Source: Gemmata obscuriglobus (GTDB taxonomy: Bacteria; Planctomycetota; Planctomycetia; Gemmatales; Gemmataceae). Taken from it: 32,000 nt of DNA. Shown piece after piece: positions 1 to 9,357 of this stretch. The stretch is taken from positions 1,620,001 to 1,652,000 of the forward strand of contig NZ_CP042911.1 of assembly GCF_008065095.1 (NCBI RefSeq). Direction: 5' to 3'. A model generated the notes under the pieces. The model saw only the letters and a program-made list of their open reading frames with translations, was not told the DNA's origin and made no database searches. Numbering within the stretch: position 1 is the stretch's first letter; each line of letters starts with the position of its first letter. Both the position numbers and the translations under genes were made by a program.

Positions 1-173
1 GCGCCGTAATACCGGGCGCGTCGCGTGCTAAGTTTGCTGGGCGGGGTGGTTGTTCGGTCGGTTTTCGGCCGACGCCCGCGCTGGTCCCGGCTCCGGCTTC
101 GGCCCGAGCCTCAAAATAGAAGGGTTCGCAGGAACGCGAGCCCGCCCGCGCCTCAACGCCGGAGACTCTCACG

Positions 174-2423
174 ATGGCCCGTCCGATCGCCGGTGACCCG
201 CCCGCGAGCCCGCCGCCCGCGCCGTTCCCGACCCCCGGCGGGGTTCCGGCCCCGGTCGCACCGTCGCCGTTCAGCTACACCAACCAGCCGAGCCTGCCCG
301 GCCCGACGGTGTCGTCCGCGCCCACCCCGAGCGGGCTGTGGAACGCGTTCCGCCGCCGGTGGGTGCTGAGCACCTTCGTCGGCGCCCTCGTGGCCGCGGC
401 GGTCGCCGTCGGCGCGTGGCTGGCCATGCCCGCCGGCAAGCACCAGGTGCGCGCGCTGGTGCAGCTCCAGCCGCAGCACGCGTACATCACGAACAAGGGG
501 CAGGAAGACTTCGAGTGGTACCGGCGCCGGCAGATCTACCTGCTGACGAAGGACCGCGACCTGTTCAACCGGGTGCTCGCGGACCCGGCCGTGTCCAGCC
601 TGGCGCTGGTGAAAACGGCCGACGACCCGGTCGCGATGCTCGAGGACGCGGTCCGGGTGTCGGTCGCGGCCCCGGAGATGTTGGAAGTCACCCTGACGGG
701 CAACCACCTCGACGACATGAAGGTGCTGCTCGACCGCCTGATCAAGCGGTACCTCGACGACACCAACGCGTTCGACAACCGGTCCCGCACCGAGGAGCGG
801 GAGCACCTCCGGAACCGCCGCAGCGAGGTGCAAAACGAGATCGCGCAGGGCGAGCGGGTGATCGAGTTCACGGCCCGGAACCTGGGCGTCAACGGGACGG
901 GCGACGCCAACGGCTCGACCCAGCTCCTGCACATCAAGTTCGGCGAACTCGACCGCATGTTCACTGCGGCCAACCACGAGCTCGGCGACCTGCAGAGCCA
1001 GCTCAGCGTGTACCAGGACCAGTTGGAGGAGCGGAAGCGCGACCCCAAGAAGTTCGCGGCGGACACGCAACTGCTGAAGCTGGCGGTCGCGCGGGACAAG
1101 CGGGTGGTCGCGGCCAACGAGCTGTGGCAGGCGGCCAACGACCTGTACACCAAGGAGCTGAAGAACTCCAACCCCGAGAACGCGTACATCCAGGAGCTGA
1201 AGGCCGCGGCCGACAAGTACAAGAAGGCCCTGGACGACGTGCAGAACCAGGTGACGACGGAGGCCGAAACCGCCCTCCGGTTCAGCGACCTGGCCGAGCG
1301 GCAGAAGAAGGTCAGCGACCTGGCGGACCAGATCGCCATCAAGGAGAAGGTGCGCAACGGCCTCCGGACCGAGCGCGACACGGCCAAGAAGACGATCGAG
1401 AGCACCGCCGGCGGCGGCGCCAGCATCGACGCGCTGCGCAAGAACCTGGAGCCGCAGCGGGCGCTGCTCTCCCGGCTCGACGAGCAACTGCTCCAGTTGA
1501 GCACGGGCGAGGGCCGGACCCGGGCCAGCGCCCGCGGCGAGGCCGAGAAGATCCCGAACAACAACCAGAACAAGAAGCTGGCGATGTCGTCCGTGGGCGG
1601 CCTCGGGGCGTTCCTCACGGTGGTGCTGCTGATCTCATTCCTGGAGTGGCGCACCCGCCGCGTGGACGGGGTGGACCAGGTGGTGACCGAACTCGGGATG
1701 CGGGTGATCGGCACCGTGCCGGTGTTCCCGAACCGGGCCAGCCTCCAGGCCGCGGTCGAGGCCGGCGGGGCCAACTGGCGGTTCGTGCTCAACGAGAGCA
1801 TCAACTCGACCCGCACCATGCTGCTGCACACGGCCAAGAGCCAGTCGATGCAGGTGGTGATGGTGACCAGCGCCACCCAGGGCGAGGGGAAGACCTCGAT
1901 CAGCAGCCAGCTCGCCACCAGCATGGCGACCGCCGGGATGCGCACCCTCATCGTGGACTGCGACCTGCGCAACCCGTGCGTCATGAAGCTGTTCGAGGTC
2001 CCGCTCACCCCCGGCGTCTCGGAGGTGCTGCGCGAGGAGGTGGACGTGAGCGACGCCGTCCAGGCCACCGCGGTGCCGAACCTGTGGGTGATCCCGGCCG
2101 GCCAGTGCTCCAACGCGACCATCGCCGCGCTGGCGCAAGGTCACCCGCTGGAAACGTTGTTCAACCGGCTCCGCGGGCAGTTCGACTTCGTCATCGTGGA
2201 CAGTTGCCCCGTGCTGCCGGTCGCCGACGCGCTGCTGATCGCGCAGCACGTCGACGGCGTGGTGTTCTCGATCATGCAGGACATCAGCCAGTTGCCGAAG
2301 GTGATGACCGCCTCCGAGAAGCTGACCCAGCTCAACATCCCGCTGGTCGGCGCGGTCGTGAACGGGATCAAGCAGGACGTGTACTCCTACGGGTACAACT
2401 ACGTGAAGCAGTTGCCCGCTTGA
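174..2423 (+). CDS. Polysaccharide chain-length determinant (Wzz/GumC-like) fused to a BY-type tyrosine autokinase (Wzc / EpsF-EpsG-like)
   Basis: 749-aa ORF. It has a Pro-rich N-terminus, a TM segment (VLSTFVGALVAAAVAVGAWLAM), a long coiled-coil region and a second TM (GGLGAFLTVVLLISFL). The kinase part carries Walker A VTSATQGEGKTS, Walker A' LIVDCDLRNP, Walker B FDFVIVDSCPV and a C-terminal Tyr cluster YSYGYNY. Confidence 0.85.
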   Translation: MARPIAGDPPASPPPAPFPTPGGVPAPVAPSPFSYTNQPSLPGPTVSSAPTPSGLWNAFRRRWVLSTFVGALVAAAVAVGAWLAMPAGKHQVRALVQLQPQHAYITNKGQEDFEWYRRRQIYLLTKDRDLFNRVLADPAVSSLALVKTADDPVAMLEDAVRVSVAAPEMLEVTLTGNHLDDMKVLLDRLIKRYLDDTNAFDNRSRTEEREHLRNRRSEVQNEIAQGERVIEFTARNLGVNGTGDANGSTQLLHIKFGELDRMFTAANHELGDLQSQLSVYQDQLEERKRDPKKFAADTQLLKLAVARDKRVVAANELWQAANDLYTKELKNSNPENAYIQELKAAADKYKKALDDVQNQVTTEAETALRFSDLAERQKKVSDLADQIAIKEKVRNGLRTERDTAKKTIESTAGGGASIDALRKNLEPQRALLSRLDEQLLQLSTGEGRTRASARGEAEKIPNNNQNKKLAMSSVGGLGAFLTVVLLISFLEWRTRRVDGVDQVVTELGMRVIGTVPVFPNRASLQAAVEAGGANWRFVLNESINSTRTMLLHTAKSQSMQVVMVTSATQGEGKTSISSQLATSMATAGMRTLIVDCDLRNPCVMKLFEVPLTPGVSEVLREEVDVSDAVQATAVPNLWVIPAGQCSNATIAALAQGHPLETLFNRLRGQFDFVIVDSCPVLPVADALLIAQHVDGVVFSIMQDISQLPKVMTASEKLTQLNIPLVGAVVNGIKQDVYSYGYNYVKQLPA

Positions 2424-2822
2424 TTCACGGTCCAATTGCTGGTGCAACGTTTTGGGCTTTGTCGTTGTGGCACAGGTGAGAGTTTCTGTGTGGCGCGCAA
2501 GGTCGCACAGACGGGAACGTCTGTGCCACAAGAAGCAGGCACCAGCCGGGGCGTTTTGAACGGCCCGGTAGAAATCGTGCGCGTCACTCGCTTCAGGTGC
2601 CACGCGGTCGCGAGCCGGTTCCGTCCGGCTCTTCTCGCGGGTTCGGAATCGGGAACTTGGAGCCCGAGACCGGGAACTAATGACGCAGAGTTGCAGCGCA
2701 ACCGCTGCCGCGCGATCGGGTTCGGTGCCCCTTGCGGGTGGCCGCGAGAGCCGACGAGGAAAGGGTAAGGGTTTGAGCTTGTTGAGTCGGGCCGTGCTCC
2801 CCGCCGTCCGTGCCTGATCACC

Positions 2823-3584
2823 GTGCCGCCCCGCCGCACGACACTACCAAACAAAGCACCCGAACACATGAGCATTCCGCCTGCCAGCCCGTTCTACCCT
2901 CAAACCCAGCGGCGCCCCCGGCGCGAGTGGCCCTTGTGGGCGCGCGGGGCGGTAATCGGATTGGCGGTGGTTGGGCTGGGGGCGGCGGCATACCTCGAAG
3001 GTTCCCGGTCGGGCCGGTGGGGCGCGCCTGCGGAGCGCAAGGCCGCCGCCGCCAAACTCACCGGCGTCCCGCGCGCGTTCGGCGCGTGGACCAGCCAGGA
3101 CATTCCGCTCGACGAGAAGGTGGTCCGGGTGGCCGAGGCCGACGGGTACGTGCAGCGGAATTACCGGAACGGAAAGACCGGGGCCGACGTGACCGTACTA
3201 CTCTTGTGCGGCCCGAGCGGCCCGATCGGGGCGCACACGCCGGAGTACTGCTACGCCGGGAACGGGTACGCGGTGGCCGGCGCCCCGGAAAAACGGACGG
3301 TCGCGGTCGGGGCCACGGGTGCCTCCTATTGGTCGGCCCGGTTCGAGCGCCAGTCCCCCCCGGGCGACCCGCTGCGGGTCTGCTGGATGTGGGGCACCGA
3401 CGGCGACTGGGAGGCCGCCGACAACCCGCGACTCGGCTTGAAAACGGCGATGTACAAGCTGTACGTTGTCCGCGGCGAGCCGGTCGCCCCGCGCGACGGC
3501 GCGACCGATCCGGTACACGAATTTTTGACCGAGTTTCTGCCGGAAGTGAAAAAGGCGCTCGGCGTCCCGCCCGCTCTGAACTGA
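2823..3584 (+). CDS. Exosortase-associated EpsI-family protein
   Basis: 253-aa ORF starting at GTG 2823; an alternative ATG lies at 2868 (MSIPPAS...). It has one N-terminal TM (WARGAVIGLAVVGLGAAAYL). The following domain matches the EpsI-like pattern (WTSQDIPLDEKVVRVAEADGYVQRNY...VTVLLLCGPSGPIGAHTPEYCYAGNGY). Its position after the chain-length/kinase gene is typical of eps loci. Confidence 0.65.
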   Translation: MPPRRTTLPNKAPEHMSIPPASPFYPQTQRRPRREWPLWARGAVIGLAVVGLGAAAYLEGSRSGRWGAPAERKAAAAKLTGVPRAFGAWTSQDIPLDEKVVRVAEADGYVQRNYRNGKTGADVTVLLLCGPSGPIGAHTPEYCYAGNGYAVAGAPEKRTVAVGATGASYWSARFERQSPPGDPLRVCWMWGTDGDWEAADNPRLGLKTAMYKLYVVRGEPVAPRDGATDPVHEFLTEFLPEVKKALGVPPALN

Positions 3585-3667
3585 CCGGACGCCGCGACAC
3601 CCGGGGGCGCTGTTGCCCCCCAGACCAGCTGATACGATTTGCCCAGACGCCGGAGAACAGATCTATT

Positions 3668-4498
3668 ATGAGCGCAGCGCCGACGACGCTTCTGACGCCG
3701 CCGAATTCGCCAGCGCCCGCCAACCGCGAGACGTGGCCCGAGATCGACCGGCTCCCGGCCGACACGGTCCTCGACATCCGGGCCGACCTCGGCTGGTACG
3801 CGGCCGTCAAGACCGCGTTCGACTACGGCGCCGCGCTCGCGCTGCTGCCGTTCGCGCTCGTCCTGATCGGCCTCGCCGCGCTCGCCGTGAAGCTGACCTC
3901 CCCCGGCCCGGTGTTCTACACCCAGACCCGCGTCGGGCTGAACGGGCGCAAGTACAAGATCATCAAGATCCGCTCGATGCGGGCCAACGTGGAAGCGACC
4001 TCCGGCATCCAGTGGTCGCAGAAGGGCGACAGCCGCGTCACCCCGATCGGGAAGTTCCTGCGGACGTCGCACATCGACGAACTGCCCCAACTGCTCAACG
4101 TCCTCATGGGCGACATGAGCCTGGTCGGCCCGCGCCCGGAGCGCCCGGAAGTGATCCAGGCGAAGGGGCTGAACCACCTCGTCCCCGGGTACCGGCACCG
4201 GCTCCGCGTGAAGCCCGGCGTGACCGGCCTCGCGCAGTGCCAGCTCGACGCCGACAGCGACGTGACCAGCGTCCGCTACAAGATCGTGTACGACCTGTAC
4301 TACGTCGAGAACCAGAGCCTGTTCCTGGACCTGCGGCTGATCGGCGCGACCCTGCTCCGCGCGTGCAAGGCGGGACCGACCACGCTCCGGCGCCTGTTCC
4401 TGCTGCCGAGCCGCCGGACGGTCGCGGCCGGGTTCCTGGCGAACGTCGTGAAGCCGCCCGCCGGCGCCCCCCCGGTCGCCGTGCTCCAACCGGCGTGA
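3668..4498 (+). CDS. Priming polyprenyl-phosphate sugar-phosphate transferase (bacterial sugar transferase family, WbaP/EpsB-like)
   Basis: ATG at 3668 inside ORF 2810..4498; the upstream part of that ORF is Arg/Gly-rich junk. There is a TM (ALALLPFALVLIGLAALAV). The family core is clear: LTSPGPVFYTQTRVGLNGRKYKIIKIRSM...GDSRVTPIGKFLRTSHIDELPQLLNVLMGDMSLVGPRPERPE. Confidence 0.85.
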   Translation: MSAAPTTLLTPPNSPAPANRETWPEIDRLPADTVLDIRADLGWYAAVKTAFDYGAALALLPFALVLIGLAALAVKLTSPGPVFYTQTRVGLNGRKYKIIKIRSMRANVEATSGIQWSQKGDSRVTPIGKFLRTSHIDELPQLLNVLMGDMSLVGPRPERPEVIQAKGLNHLVPGYRHRLRVKPGVTGLAQCQLDADSDVTSVRYKIVYDLYYVENQSLFLDLRLIGATLLRACKAGPTTLRRLFLLPSRRTVAAGFLANVVKPPAGAPPVAVLQPA

Positions 4499-4560
4499 CC
4501 GGCCCTCGCCGCGCCGCGTTCCTTCCAGCACGCGAAGACACTTCCCCCGTCGGTGCTCGT

Positions 4561-5763
4561 TTGGTCGGCTCACCCTCTCTCCCGCGTGTCCTCTATCTGA
4601 CGCACCGCGTCCCGTACCCGCCGGACAAGGGCGACCGCATCCGCACGTACCACCTGCTCCGGCAGATGGCCGCCCGCGGCCGCGTCTGGCTCGGGTGCCT
4701 CGCGGACGAGGCGGTCCCGCCCGAAACGCTCGCCGCCCTGAACGGGCTGTGCGAGCGGGTCGCGGTCGTGCCTGTGGGCGCCCGCACGCGGTGGCTCCGC
4801 GCCGGGCTGAGCCTGGCGACCGGCGCGAGCCTGTCCGAGGGGCTGTTCCGCTCCCACCAGCTCGCGCGCACGCTTTCGGCCTGGGCCGCGGAAACCGTCT
4901 TCGCGGCGGCCGTCGCGTCGTCGTCCGCCCTGGTCCCGTACCTGCGGCTCCCGGCGCTGCGGCACGTGCCCGCGGTCGTCGACCTGATCGACGTGGACAG
5001 CGAGAAGTGGCTCGACTTCGCGGCCGCGAGCCGGCCGCCCAAGCGGTGGCTGTACCGGCTCGAATCCGCCCGCGTCCGCAAGGTCGAGAAGGCGCTCGCC
5101 GGCCGGGTCCGGGCGGCAAGCGTTGTTAGCCGCGCGGAAGCACAGGTTTACGACTCGTTCACGCACGCTGGCGCCGCCACCGTCGCGACCAACGGCGTCG
5201 ATCTGGATTATTTCGCGCCGGCGGGGTGCGAGCAGCAGCAGGCGTGCGCGTTCGTCGGGGCGCTCGACTACCTGCCCAACGAAGACGCCGCGGTGTGGTT
5301 CGCGCGGGACGTCTGGCCGGAGGTCCACGCCCGGTTCCCGCACGCCGAGTTCCGCATCATCGGCCGGAAGCCGTCCCCGGCGGTTCGCGCGTTGGCGCAC
5401 CTGCCGGGGGTGAAGCTCGTCGGCCAGGTGCCGGATGTGCGGCCGTTTGTGGCCTCTTCGAGCGTGGTGGTGGTGCCGCTGCGGCTCGCCCGCGGGGTGC
5501 AAAACAAGGTGCTGGAAGCGATGGCGATGGCGAAAGCGGTCGTCGCCGCCCCGCCCGCGCTGGCGGCGCTCGGCACCGAGCCCGGCGTCCACCTCCTGAG
5601 CGCCGCGAGCCGCGAGGACTGGGTGCGCGGCGTGTCCGAACTCTTCACCGATGCGGCGCGGCGACAGGAGCTGGGGGCCGCGGCCCGAAAATACGTCGAG
5701 CAGCATCACCACTGGGAACGCTGTTTGCTACCGCTGGCCGACGCGATTTTCGCACAACCCTGA
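4561..5763 (+). CDS. GT4-family glycosyltransferase (resembles the PEP-CTERM/EpsH1-system-associated sugar transferase class)
   Basis: The protein-like part of ORF 3613..5763 begins at LVGSPSLPRVLYLTHRVPYPPDKGDRIRTYHLLRQMA. The only in-frame start candidate nearby is TTG 4561. The C-terminal GT-B signature is PLRLARGVQNKVLEAMAMAKAVVAAP. Confidence 0.75.
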   Translation: MVGSPSLPRVLYLTHRVPYPPDKGDRIRTYHLLRQMAARGRVWLGCLADEAVPPETLAALNGLCERVAVVPVGARTRWLRAGLSLATGASLSEGLFRSHQLARTLSAWAAETVFAAAVASSSALVPYLRLPALRHVPAVVDLIDVDSEKWLDFAAASRPPKRWLYRLESARVRKVEKALAGRVRAASVVSRAEAQVYDSFTHAGAATVATNGVDLDYFAPAGCEQQQACAFVGALDYLPNEDAAVWFARDVWPEVHARFPHAEFRIIGRKPSPAVRALAHLPGVKLVGQVPDVRPFVASSSVVVVPLRLARGVQNKVLEAMAMAKAVVAAPPALAALGTEPGVHLLSAASREDWVRGVSELFTDAARRQELGAAARKYVEQHHHWERCLLPLADAIFAQP

Positions 5764-5824
5764 TTGCCTCCGCGCCCCTCACCGCGGAGCCGGTCTCCGA
5801 CCTACACTAACTCCACTACCCGCC

Positions 5825-7033
5825 GTGGACATTGCCGACTCTTTGTCACAACCGTTTACGACCTTGTCCGAAGCCCTCGATGCCGACCGACCGCCCGAGC
5901 CGCCGGCCCCGCCGGTGGTGCTGGACGCCCGCGTCGTGACCGGCGCCGGGGGCGGTCCGGAGAAGACCATCCTGAACTCGCCGCGGTTCCTGGAGCCGCT
6001 CGGCTACAAGATGGTGTGCGCGTACATGCACCCGCCCGGCGACCCCGGGTTCGAGGTGCTGAAGCAAAAGGCCGAGCGGTACCGCGCGCCGCTCGTGTCG
6101 ATCCCGGACCGCGGCGCGTGGGACTGGCGCGTCATCTCGCAGATGCTCGCGGTGTGCAAGCGGGAACGGGTCACCGTCTGGCACGGCCACGACTACAAGA
6201 CGAACGCCCTCGGGCTCTTGCTCAAGCGGCTGTGGCCGATGCGCCTGGTCACCACCGTCCACGGGTGGGTGCAGCACACCAGCCGCACCCCGCTGTACTA
6301 CCGCATCGACCAGCTCTGCATTCCCCGGTACGAGCGTGTCATCTGCGTTTCGGACGACTTGCTGGAAGAGTGCCTCCGCGTCGGCGTGCCGGCCAAGAGC
6401 TGCGTGCTGCTGGAGAACGGCATCGACACGGCCGAGTACGCGCGGCGCCAGACCCGCGCGACGGCGAAGGCGGCGCTCGGGCTCCCGCCGGACGGGCTCC
6501 TGATCGGCGCGGTCGGCCGGCTGTCGGGCGAGAAAGGGTTCGACGTCCTGATCCGTAGTGTTCATCAGCTCGTCGCGCGGGGCCTGGACGCGCGGCTGGT
6601 GATCGTGGGCGAGGGCGGCGAGCGCGGGCCGCTCGAGGCCCTCATTCGCGAGCTAGACTTGGGCCAGCGGGTGCGGCTCGCCGGCTGGCAGGCCGACGTC
6701 CGCGGCTTCTTCGAGGCGATGGACGTGTTCGCCCTGAGCAGCCTGCGCGAAGGGCTGCCGAACGTGCTGCTCGAGGCCATGGCGCTCGAGGTGCCCGTGG
6801 TTTCCACGCGGGTAAACGGCGTGCCGCGGCTCGTGCAGGACGGCCGCAACGGGTTCCTGGTGAACGCCGGCGACCTCGACGGGCTCACCCGGGCCCTGGC
6901 GGGGTTACTGAAGAACGACGGCCTGCGGGAGATGTTCCGGGCGGCCGGCCGGCGCACCGTCGAAACGCGGTACAGCTTCGCCACCCGGATGCAGCGCCTC
7001 GCCCGCCTGTACGACGAACTCCTGGCCCGGTGA
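5825..7033 (+). CDS. GT4-family (group 1) glycosyltransferase
   Basis: In ORF 5651..7033 the first start after the upstream gene's stop (5763) is GTG 5825. The protein shows the GT-B fold pattern (VVLDARVVTGAGGGPEKTI...). It also carries the EX7E-type motif SSLREGLPNVLLEAMALEVPVVSTRVNGVPRLVQDGRNGFLV. Confidence 0.8.
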   Translation: MDIADSLSQPFTTLSEALDADRPPEPPAPPVVLDARVVTGAGGGPEKTILNSPRFLEPLGYKMVCAYMHPPGDPGFEVLKQKAERYRAPLVSIPDRGAWDWRVISQMLAVCKRERVTVWHGHDYKTNALGLLLKRLWPMRLVTTVHGWVQHTSRTPLYYRIDQLCIPRYERVICVSDDLLEECLRVGVPAKSCVLLENGIDTAEYARRQTRATAKAALGLPPDGLLIGAVGRLSGEKGFDVLIRSVHQLVARGLDARLVIVGEGGERGPLEALIRELDLGQRVRLAGWQADVRGFFEAMDVFALSSLREGLPNVLLEAMALEVPVVSTRVNGVPRLVQDGRNGFLVNAGDLDGLTRALAGLLKNDGLREMFRAAGRRTVETRYSFATRMQRLARLYDELLAR

Positions 7034-7040
7034 ATAAGGA

Positions 7041-7169
7041 GAAGCAATGGCCGCAAAAAAGCACAAAAAGCACAAAAAAGAAGCAAAAGCCAAGGAGTAG
7101 ATTGCGTAAGGATGGAATGATTTTTGATTTCCTTTTGTGCTTTTTGTGCTTTTTTGCGGCCATTGCTTC
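7041..7169. repeat. Perfect 37-bp inverted repeat with a 55-nt spacer; AT-rich palindromic element
   Basis: The left arm (7041-7077) is gaagcaatggccgcaaaaaagcacaaaaagcacaaaa. The right arm (7133-7169) is ttttgtgctttttgtgcttttttgcggccattgcttc, its exact reverse complement. The element starts 8 nt after the GT4 stop and ends 28 nt before the FemAB start. It is strikingly AT-rich for this genome. Confidence 0.95.
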
Positions 7170-7196
7170 TTCGGTTCGCATCCATCCGGAATCCGT

Positions 7197-8279
7197 ATGA
7201 TTCGCCTCATGTCGTCCTCGCCCCCGCCGACGTTCACCGTCACCGCGCACCCGCGGGCCGCGATCGCCGGTCGGGTCGCGGACCTGGCGGCGTTCGTGCG
7301 GCACTCGGCGCCCGAGGTGCCGCTCAGCAAGCACCCGCTCTGGCTCGACGTCCTGCGGTCGTCGCTCGGCCACGAGGTGTACGCGCTCGAGGCCACCGCC
7401 AGCGGCCGCACGGTGGGGTTCTTGCCCCTGGCGTGCGTGGACTCGGTGCTGTTCGGGCGGTTCCTGGTCAGCCTCCCGTACCTGAACACCAACGGCGTCA
7501 TCGCCCCGACGGCCGACGTGCGGGCAGAGCTGATCGCGCGGGCCGCGGGGCTGGCCGACGAACTCAACGTGCGGCACCTCGAGCTGCGGCACGAGGCCCC
7601 GGTCGCGCACCCGGCCCTCACGGCGTCGATCACCAGCAAGGTCCACATGCGGCTCGCCCTCCCTTCCACGCCGGAGCGGCTGTGGAAGGGGTTCGACACC
7701 AAGGTGCGGAACCAGATCCGCAAGGGCGAGAAGGGCGGCTTCGCGGTCACGTGGGGCGGCGCGGAGTGCCTCGACGGGTTCTACGACGTGCTAGCCGAGA
7801 ACATGCGCGACCTCGGCTCGCCGGTGTACGGGATCGAGCTGTTCCGGGCGATCCTCGCGACCTTCCCCGGCGACGCCGAGATCTGTCTGGTCCGCTCCGG
7901 CGCAACCCCCGTCGCGGCGGCGCTCCTGCTGCACGGGTGGGGGGTCACGGAGGTGCCGACCGCCTCGTCGCTGCGGGACTACAACCCGAGCAACGTGAAC
8001 ATGCTGATGTACCACGCGCTGCTGCTGCGGTCGGTCGAGCGCGGGCAGCGGGTGTTCGACTTCGGGCGGTCCACCGCCGACGGCAGCACGTTCAAGTTCA
8101 AGAAGCAGTGGGGCGCGGTGCCGCACCCCGCGGCGTGGCAGTACGCGGTGCAGCGGGGCGAGGTCGGCGAGATGCGGCCCGACAACCCGCGGTACCGGCT
8201 CGCGATCCGCCTGTGGCAGAAGCTCCCCGTCGAGCTGACGCGGGCCTTCGGGCCGCGGATCGTGCGCGGCATCCCGTGA
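7197..8279 (+). CDS. FemAB-family (GNAT-fold) protein of the PEP-CTERM/exosortase-associated type
   Basis: ATG 7197 in ORF 7137..8279; the first 20 codons of that ORF merely read through the palindrome arm. Family-like core: GFLPLACVDSVLFGRFLVSLPYLNTNG...KVRNQIRKGEKGG...LLLHGWGVTEVPTASSLRDYNPSNVNMLMYHALLLRSVERGQRVFDFGRSTADGSTFKFKKQWGA. Confidence 0.75.
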   Translation: MIRLMSSSPPPTFTVTAHPRAAIAGRVADLAAFVRHSAPEVPLSKHPLWLDVLRSSLGHEVYALEATASGRTVGFLPLACVDSVLFGRFLVSLPYLNTNGVIAPTADVRAELIARAAGLADELNVRHLELRHEAPVAHPALTASITSKVHMRLALPSTPERLWKGFDTKVRNQIRKGEKGGFAVTWGGAECLDGFYDVLAENMRDLGSPVYGIELFRAILATFPGDAEICLVRSGATPVAAALLLHGWGVTEVPTASSLRDYNPSNVNMLMYHALLLRSVERGQRVFDFGRSTADGSTFKFKKQWGAVPHPAAWQYAVQRGEVGEMRPDNPRYRLAIRLWQKLPVELTRAFGPRIVRGIP

Positions 8280-8449
8280 CCCGCTTCCGCTGTTGTGCGG
8301 CTCTCCTCTCCCCGCACCCATCCCCCCGCGACACGCCTCGCAACCGGCTGCACCCGTTGGTTGGTGGCCGAGAACTTAAAACGCACGGGACGCGATTTGC
8401 GTTCTAGAGTTGTTACCGGTAGCGTTTTGCGCGTCTGGAGGAGCTTCCC

Positions 8450-8635
8450 GTGGCTATCGGCGCTCACTATTCGTCCATCCTGGCACTGCTCCAGTCACTC
8501 CCGGGCGCCGCGTCACCGGCGCTCGCCCAGGCGGCCGCCGCGCCGCCCGTGAGCCCGCTCCGGGCCATCCTCCTTGGTGCCGCCGCGGCGGGCATCGACA
8601 CGCACCTCGGGCAGTCGGTCGACGTGCTGGCGTAA
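8450..8635 (+). CDS. Hypothetical small protein (61 aa), uncertain
   Basis: GTG start 8 nt downstream of a GGAGGA Shine-Dalgarno-like motif. Third codon positions are strongly G/C-biased, as in the real genes here. I recognise no family. It is the only plausible ORF in a 1.08-kb gap. Confidence 0.3.
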   Translation: MAIGAHYSSILALLQSLPGAASPALAQAAAAPPVSPLRAILLGAAAAGIDTHLGQSVDVLA

Positions 8636-9357
8636 GCGCCGGGTGAGAGCACCTGCGAGCCGGATCTCCGTTCCTACATTCCGCACCGCCGTTCGTGCCT
8701 CGTGAGTTGAACGCGCCCCATTTCGCCCACAACGTGGCGCGGTCTTTTGCTAATGCTGCTATCACTGGTCGGAAGAATCACTCCGCCTCGAAGCTGACGC
8801 CTTCCGCGATCCGATCGGCCCCGGGCCGTCGCCGCGCCGCCCGCCCCTGCGCGACGCTGGCGTCGGCGCCAGTTTGGGGCGAAGACGCTCGTGTATGTGC
8901 GGGTCTATGCCCACCGACGTTTCGGAATTCATGTCGCACTGACTCGCTAAAAGTGACCAACCGTTCTCGCCGCTCGACCCAACCTGAGCGGTTACCGGCC
9001 TCAATGTTCTGGGCCGCGCGTTAACATTTTAACACAGGCCACGCGCGCCCCCTCGAACCGCACGCGGGGCCTCGCTTTTGAGGCGCGTTCACTGCCACGT
9101 GAAAACGGCCAGTTTTGTCACCGTTATTCTGGTCTCGCAGCAACGTCCGACACCGTTTGTCCGGTATTTCCCGCAACTTCCGTGCGACCGGTTGCTTCGC
9201 CTCTGTTTGTAAACTTTGCTTGATCGTGGATACACAACCCGAAACTTTTCCGCATCGGTGGGTGGGACCGGCGGGCAAAGCGACGGTTGCCCCGGTCGCG
9301 CCGGCAGACGCTCGGCGCGGCCGTCAACAGTGATCGCTCGCGGAGTCACGCAACACT

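Noticed and set aside
6565-7196. ORFs read through the palindrome: the 6565..7185(-) 'KKAQKAQKEIK...FCAFCAF' peptide, and the first 20 codons of ORF 7137..8279.
   Set aside because: The peptide-like repeats are simply the two arms of the 37-bp inverted repeat translated on both strands. The real FemAB gene most plausibly starts at ATG 7197.
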